The translations under genes were made by a program, and so were the position numbers. A stretch of DNA of 64,000 bases. It comes from Lepidodermella squamata (lineage: Eukaryota; Animalia; Gastrotricha). The stretch is taken from positions 558,001 to 622,000 of the forward strand of contig JBLDXI010000018.1 in the NCBI GenBank assembly GCA_047495785.1, in the 5' to 3' direction. This document shows positions 61,501-64,000 of the stretch, piece by piece (the first letter of the stretch is position 1; each line of letters starts with the position of its first letter). The notes under the pieces were generated by a model. It worked only from the letters and a program-made list of their open reading frames with translations, made no database searches and had not been told where the DNA came from.

Positions 61501-64000
61501 CCAAACACGTTTGCAGCCGATTGGCGCACATTTCGGATGACCGATATTTCGCTGCCAGCCAAAACGGCTGATATCGCAGTTTTGGACCCTTGTGCGTGTC
61601 ACCACGATGCAGAATCGTGCTCCACCGCGGTAAATCAGCCATATTCTGGCATCATTCGAGAGTGGCAGCATTGCCAAACACGTTTGCAGCCGATTGGCGC
61701 ACATATCGGATGACCGATATTTCGCTGCCAGCCAAAACGGCTGATATCGCAGTTTTGGACCCTTGTGCGTATCACCACGATGCAGAATCGTGCTCCACCG
61801 CGGTAAATCAGCCATATTCTGGCATCATTCGAGAGTGGCAGCGTTGCCAAACACGTTTGCAGCCGATTGGCGCACATTTCGGATGACCGATATTTCGCTG
61901 CCAGCCCAAACGCCTGAAATCGCAGTTTTGGACCCTTGTGCGTATCACCACGATGCAGAATCGTGCTCCACCGCGGTAAATCAGACATATTCTGGCATCA
62001 TTCGATAGTGGCAGCATTGCCAAACACGTTTGCAGCCGATTGGCGCACATATCGGATGACCGATATTTCGCTGCCAGCAAAAACGGCTGAAATCGCAGTT
62101 TTCGACCCTTGTGCGTATCACCACGATGCAGAATCGTGCTCCACCGCGGTAAATCAGACATATTCTGGCATCATTCGATAGTGGCAGCATTGCCAAACAC
62201 GTTTGCAGCCGATTGGCGCACATTTCGGATGACCGATATTTCGCTGCCAGCCAAAACGGCTGATATCGCAGTTTTGGACCCTTGTGCGTATCACCACGAT
62301 GCAGAATCGTGCTCCACCGCGGTAAATCAGCCATATTCTGGCATCATTCGAGAGTGGCAGCGTTGCCAAACACGTTTGCAGCCGATTGGCGCACATATCG
62401 GATGACCGATATTTCGCTGCCAGCCAAAACGGCTGATATCGCAGTTTTGGACCCTTGTGCGTATCACCACGATGCAGAATCGTGCTCCACCGCGGTAAAT
62501 CAGCCATATTCTGGCATCATTCGATAGTGGCAGCATTGCCAAACACGTTTGCAGCCGATTGGCGCACATTTCGGATGACCGATATTTCGCTGCCAGCCAA
62601 AACGGCTGATATCGCAGTTTTCGACCCTTGTGCGTATCACCACGATGCAGAAACGTGCTCCACCGCGGTAAATCAGCCATATTCTGGCATCATTCGATAG
62701 TGGCAGCATTGCCAAACACGTTTGCAGCCGATTGGCGCACATTTCGGATGACCGATATTTCGCTGCCAGCCAAAACGGCTGAAATCGCAGTTTTGGACCA
62801 TTGTGCGTATCACCATGATGCAGAATCGTGCTCCACCGCGGTAAATCAGCCATATTCTGGCATCATTCGAGAGTGGCAGCGTTGCCAAACACGTTTGCAG
62901 CCGATTGGCGCACATTTCGGATGACCGATATTTCGCTGCCAGCCAAAACGGCTGATATCGCAGTTTTGGACCCTTGTGCGTGTCACCACGATGCAGAATC
63001 GTGCTCCACCGCGGTAAATCAGCCATATTCTGGCATCATTCGAGAGTGGCAGCATTGCCAAACACGTTTGCAGCCGATTGGCGCACATATCGGATGACCG
63101 ATATTTCGCTGCCAGCCAAAACGGCTGATATCGCAGTTTTGGACCCTTGTGCGTATCACCACGATGCAGAATCGTGCTCCACCGCGGTAAATCAGCCATA
63201 TTCTGGCATCATTCGAGAGTGGCAGCGTTGCCAAACACGTTTGCAGCCGATTGGCGCACATTTCGGATGACCGATATTTCGCTGCCAGCCCAAACGCCTG
63301 AAATCGCAGTTTTGGACCCTTGTGCGTATCACCACGATGCAGAATCGTGCTCCACCGCGGTAAATCAGACATATTCTGGCATCATTCGATAGTGGCAGCA
63401 TTGCCAAACACGTTTGCAGCCGATTGGCGCACATATCGGATGACCGATATTTCGCTGCCAGCAAAAACGGCTGAAATCGCAGTTTTCGACCCTTGTGCGT
63501 ATCACCACGATGCAGAATCGTGCTCCACCGCGGTAAATCAGACATATTCTGGCATCATTCGATAGTGGCAGCATTGCCAAACACGTTTGCAGCCGATTGG
63601 CGCACATTTCGGATGACCGATATTTCGCTGCCAGCCAAAACGGCTGATATCGCAGTTTTGGACCCTTGTGCGTATCACCACGATGCAGAATCGTGCTCCA
63701 CCGCGGTAAATCAGCCATATTCTGGCATCATTCGAGAGTGGCAGCGTTGCCAAACACGTTTGCAGCCGATTGGCGCACATATCGGATGACCGATATTTCG
63801 CTGCCAGCCAAAACGGCTGATATCGCAGTTTTGGACCCTTGTGCGTATCACCACGATGCAGAATCGTGCTCCACCGCGGTAAATCAGCCATATTCTGGCA
63901 TCATTCGATAGTGGCAGCATTGCCAAACACGTTTGCAGCCGATTGGCGCACATTTCGGATGACCGATATTTCGCTGCCAGCCAAAACGGCTGATATCGCA
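31592..64000. repeat. 173-bp tandem satellite DNA array (~187 monomers, runs off the window end)
   Basis: Consensus TTGGCGCACATATCGGATGACCGATATTTCGCTGCCAGCCAAAACGGCTGAAATCGCAGTTTTGGACCCTTGTGCGTATCACCACGATGCAGAATCGTGCTCCACCGCGGTAAATCAGCCATATTCTGGCATCATTCGATAGTGGCAGCATTGCCAAACACGTTTGCAGCCGA. Homologous ORF starts at 31661 and 63666 differ by exactly 185 x 173. Confidence 0.99.

Noticed and set aside
31551-63953. Hundreds of 60-117-aa ORFs on both strands
   Set aside because: They recur every 173 bp, which is not a multiple of 3, so frames shift and stop. They are by-products of the satellite, with no domain signal.
31592-64000. Satellite as a CRISPR array, tandem tRNA/5S/SL-RNA/snRNA genes, or hammerhead-ribozyme repeat
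   Set aside because: There are no unique spacers. I found no convincing A/B boxes, cloverleaf, 5S or SL1 leader sequence. The hammerhead core CTGANGA is absent on both strands (only CTGATAT, CTGAAAT and CTGATTT). An Rfam cmscan would be the definitive test.

Overview
Eukaryotic (invertebrate animal, possibly a nematode) genomic DNA in three distinct zones. (1) 1-~9.7 kb: a tailless/NR2E1 (nhr-67-like) nuclear receptor gene on the + strand. It has a zinc-finger DBD exon, one 1.9-kb hinge+LBD exon and two candidate phase-1 first exons, in a microsatellite-rich setting with no recognisable transposons. (2) 10.2-31.5 kb: a 19-exon + strand gene, assembled by hand from GT-AG sites. It encodes a ~789-aa secreted protein: signal peptide, five 4-cysteine repeats, then EGF-CTL-CTL-EGF-CTL-CTL. 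Its large introns hold nested mobile elements: three copies of one RTE-like LINE family, other LINE fragments, a tRNA-derived CORE-like SINE that shares the RTE 3' tail, and several MITEs (piggyBac-like, CACTA-like, Harbinger-like and a 5-bp-TSD foldback element). (3) 31,592 to the window end: a homogeneous 173-bp satellite array (~187 monomers, ~51% GC, no net indels). The monomer is tiled with short dyad symmetries and the array shows shifting higher-order repeats. It starts abruptly ~130 bp after the lectin gene's polyA signal. The hundreds of short ORFs in zone 3 are repeat artefacts. All calls were made by eye, without database searches.
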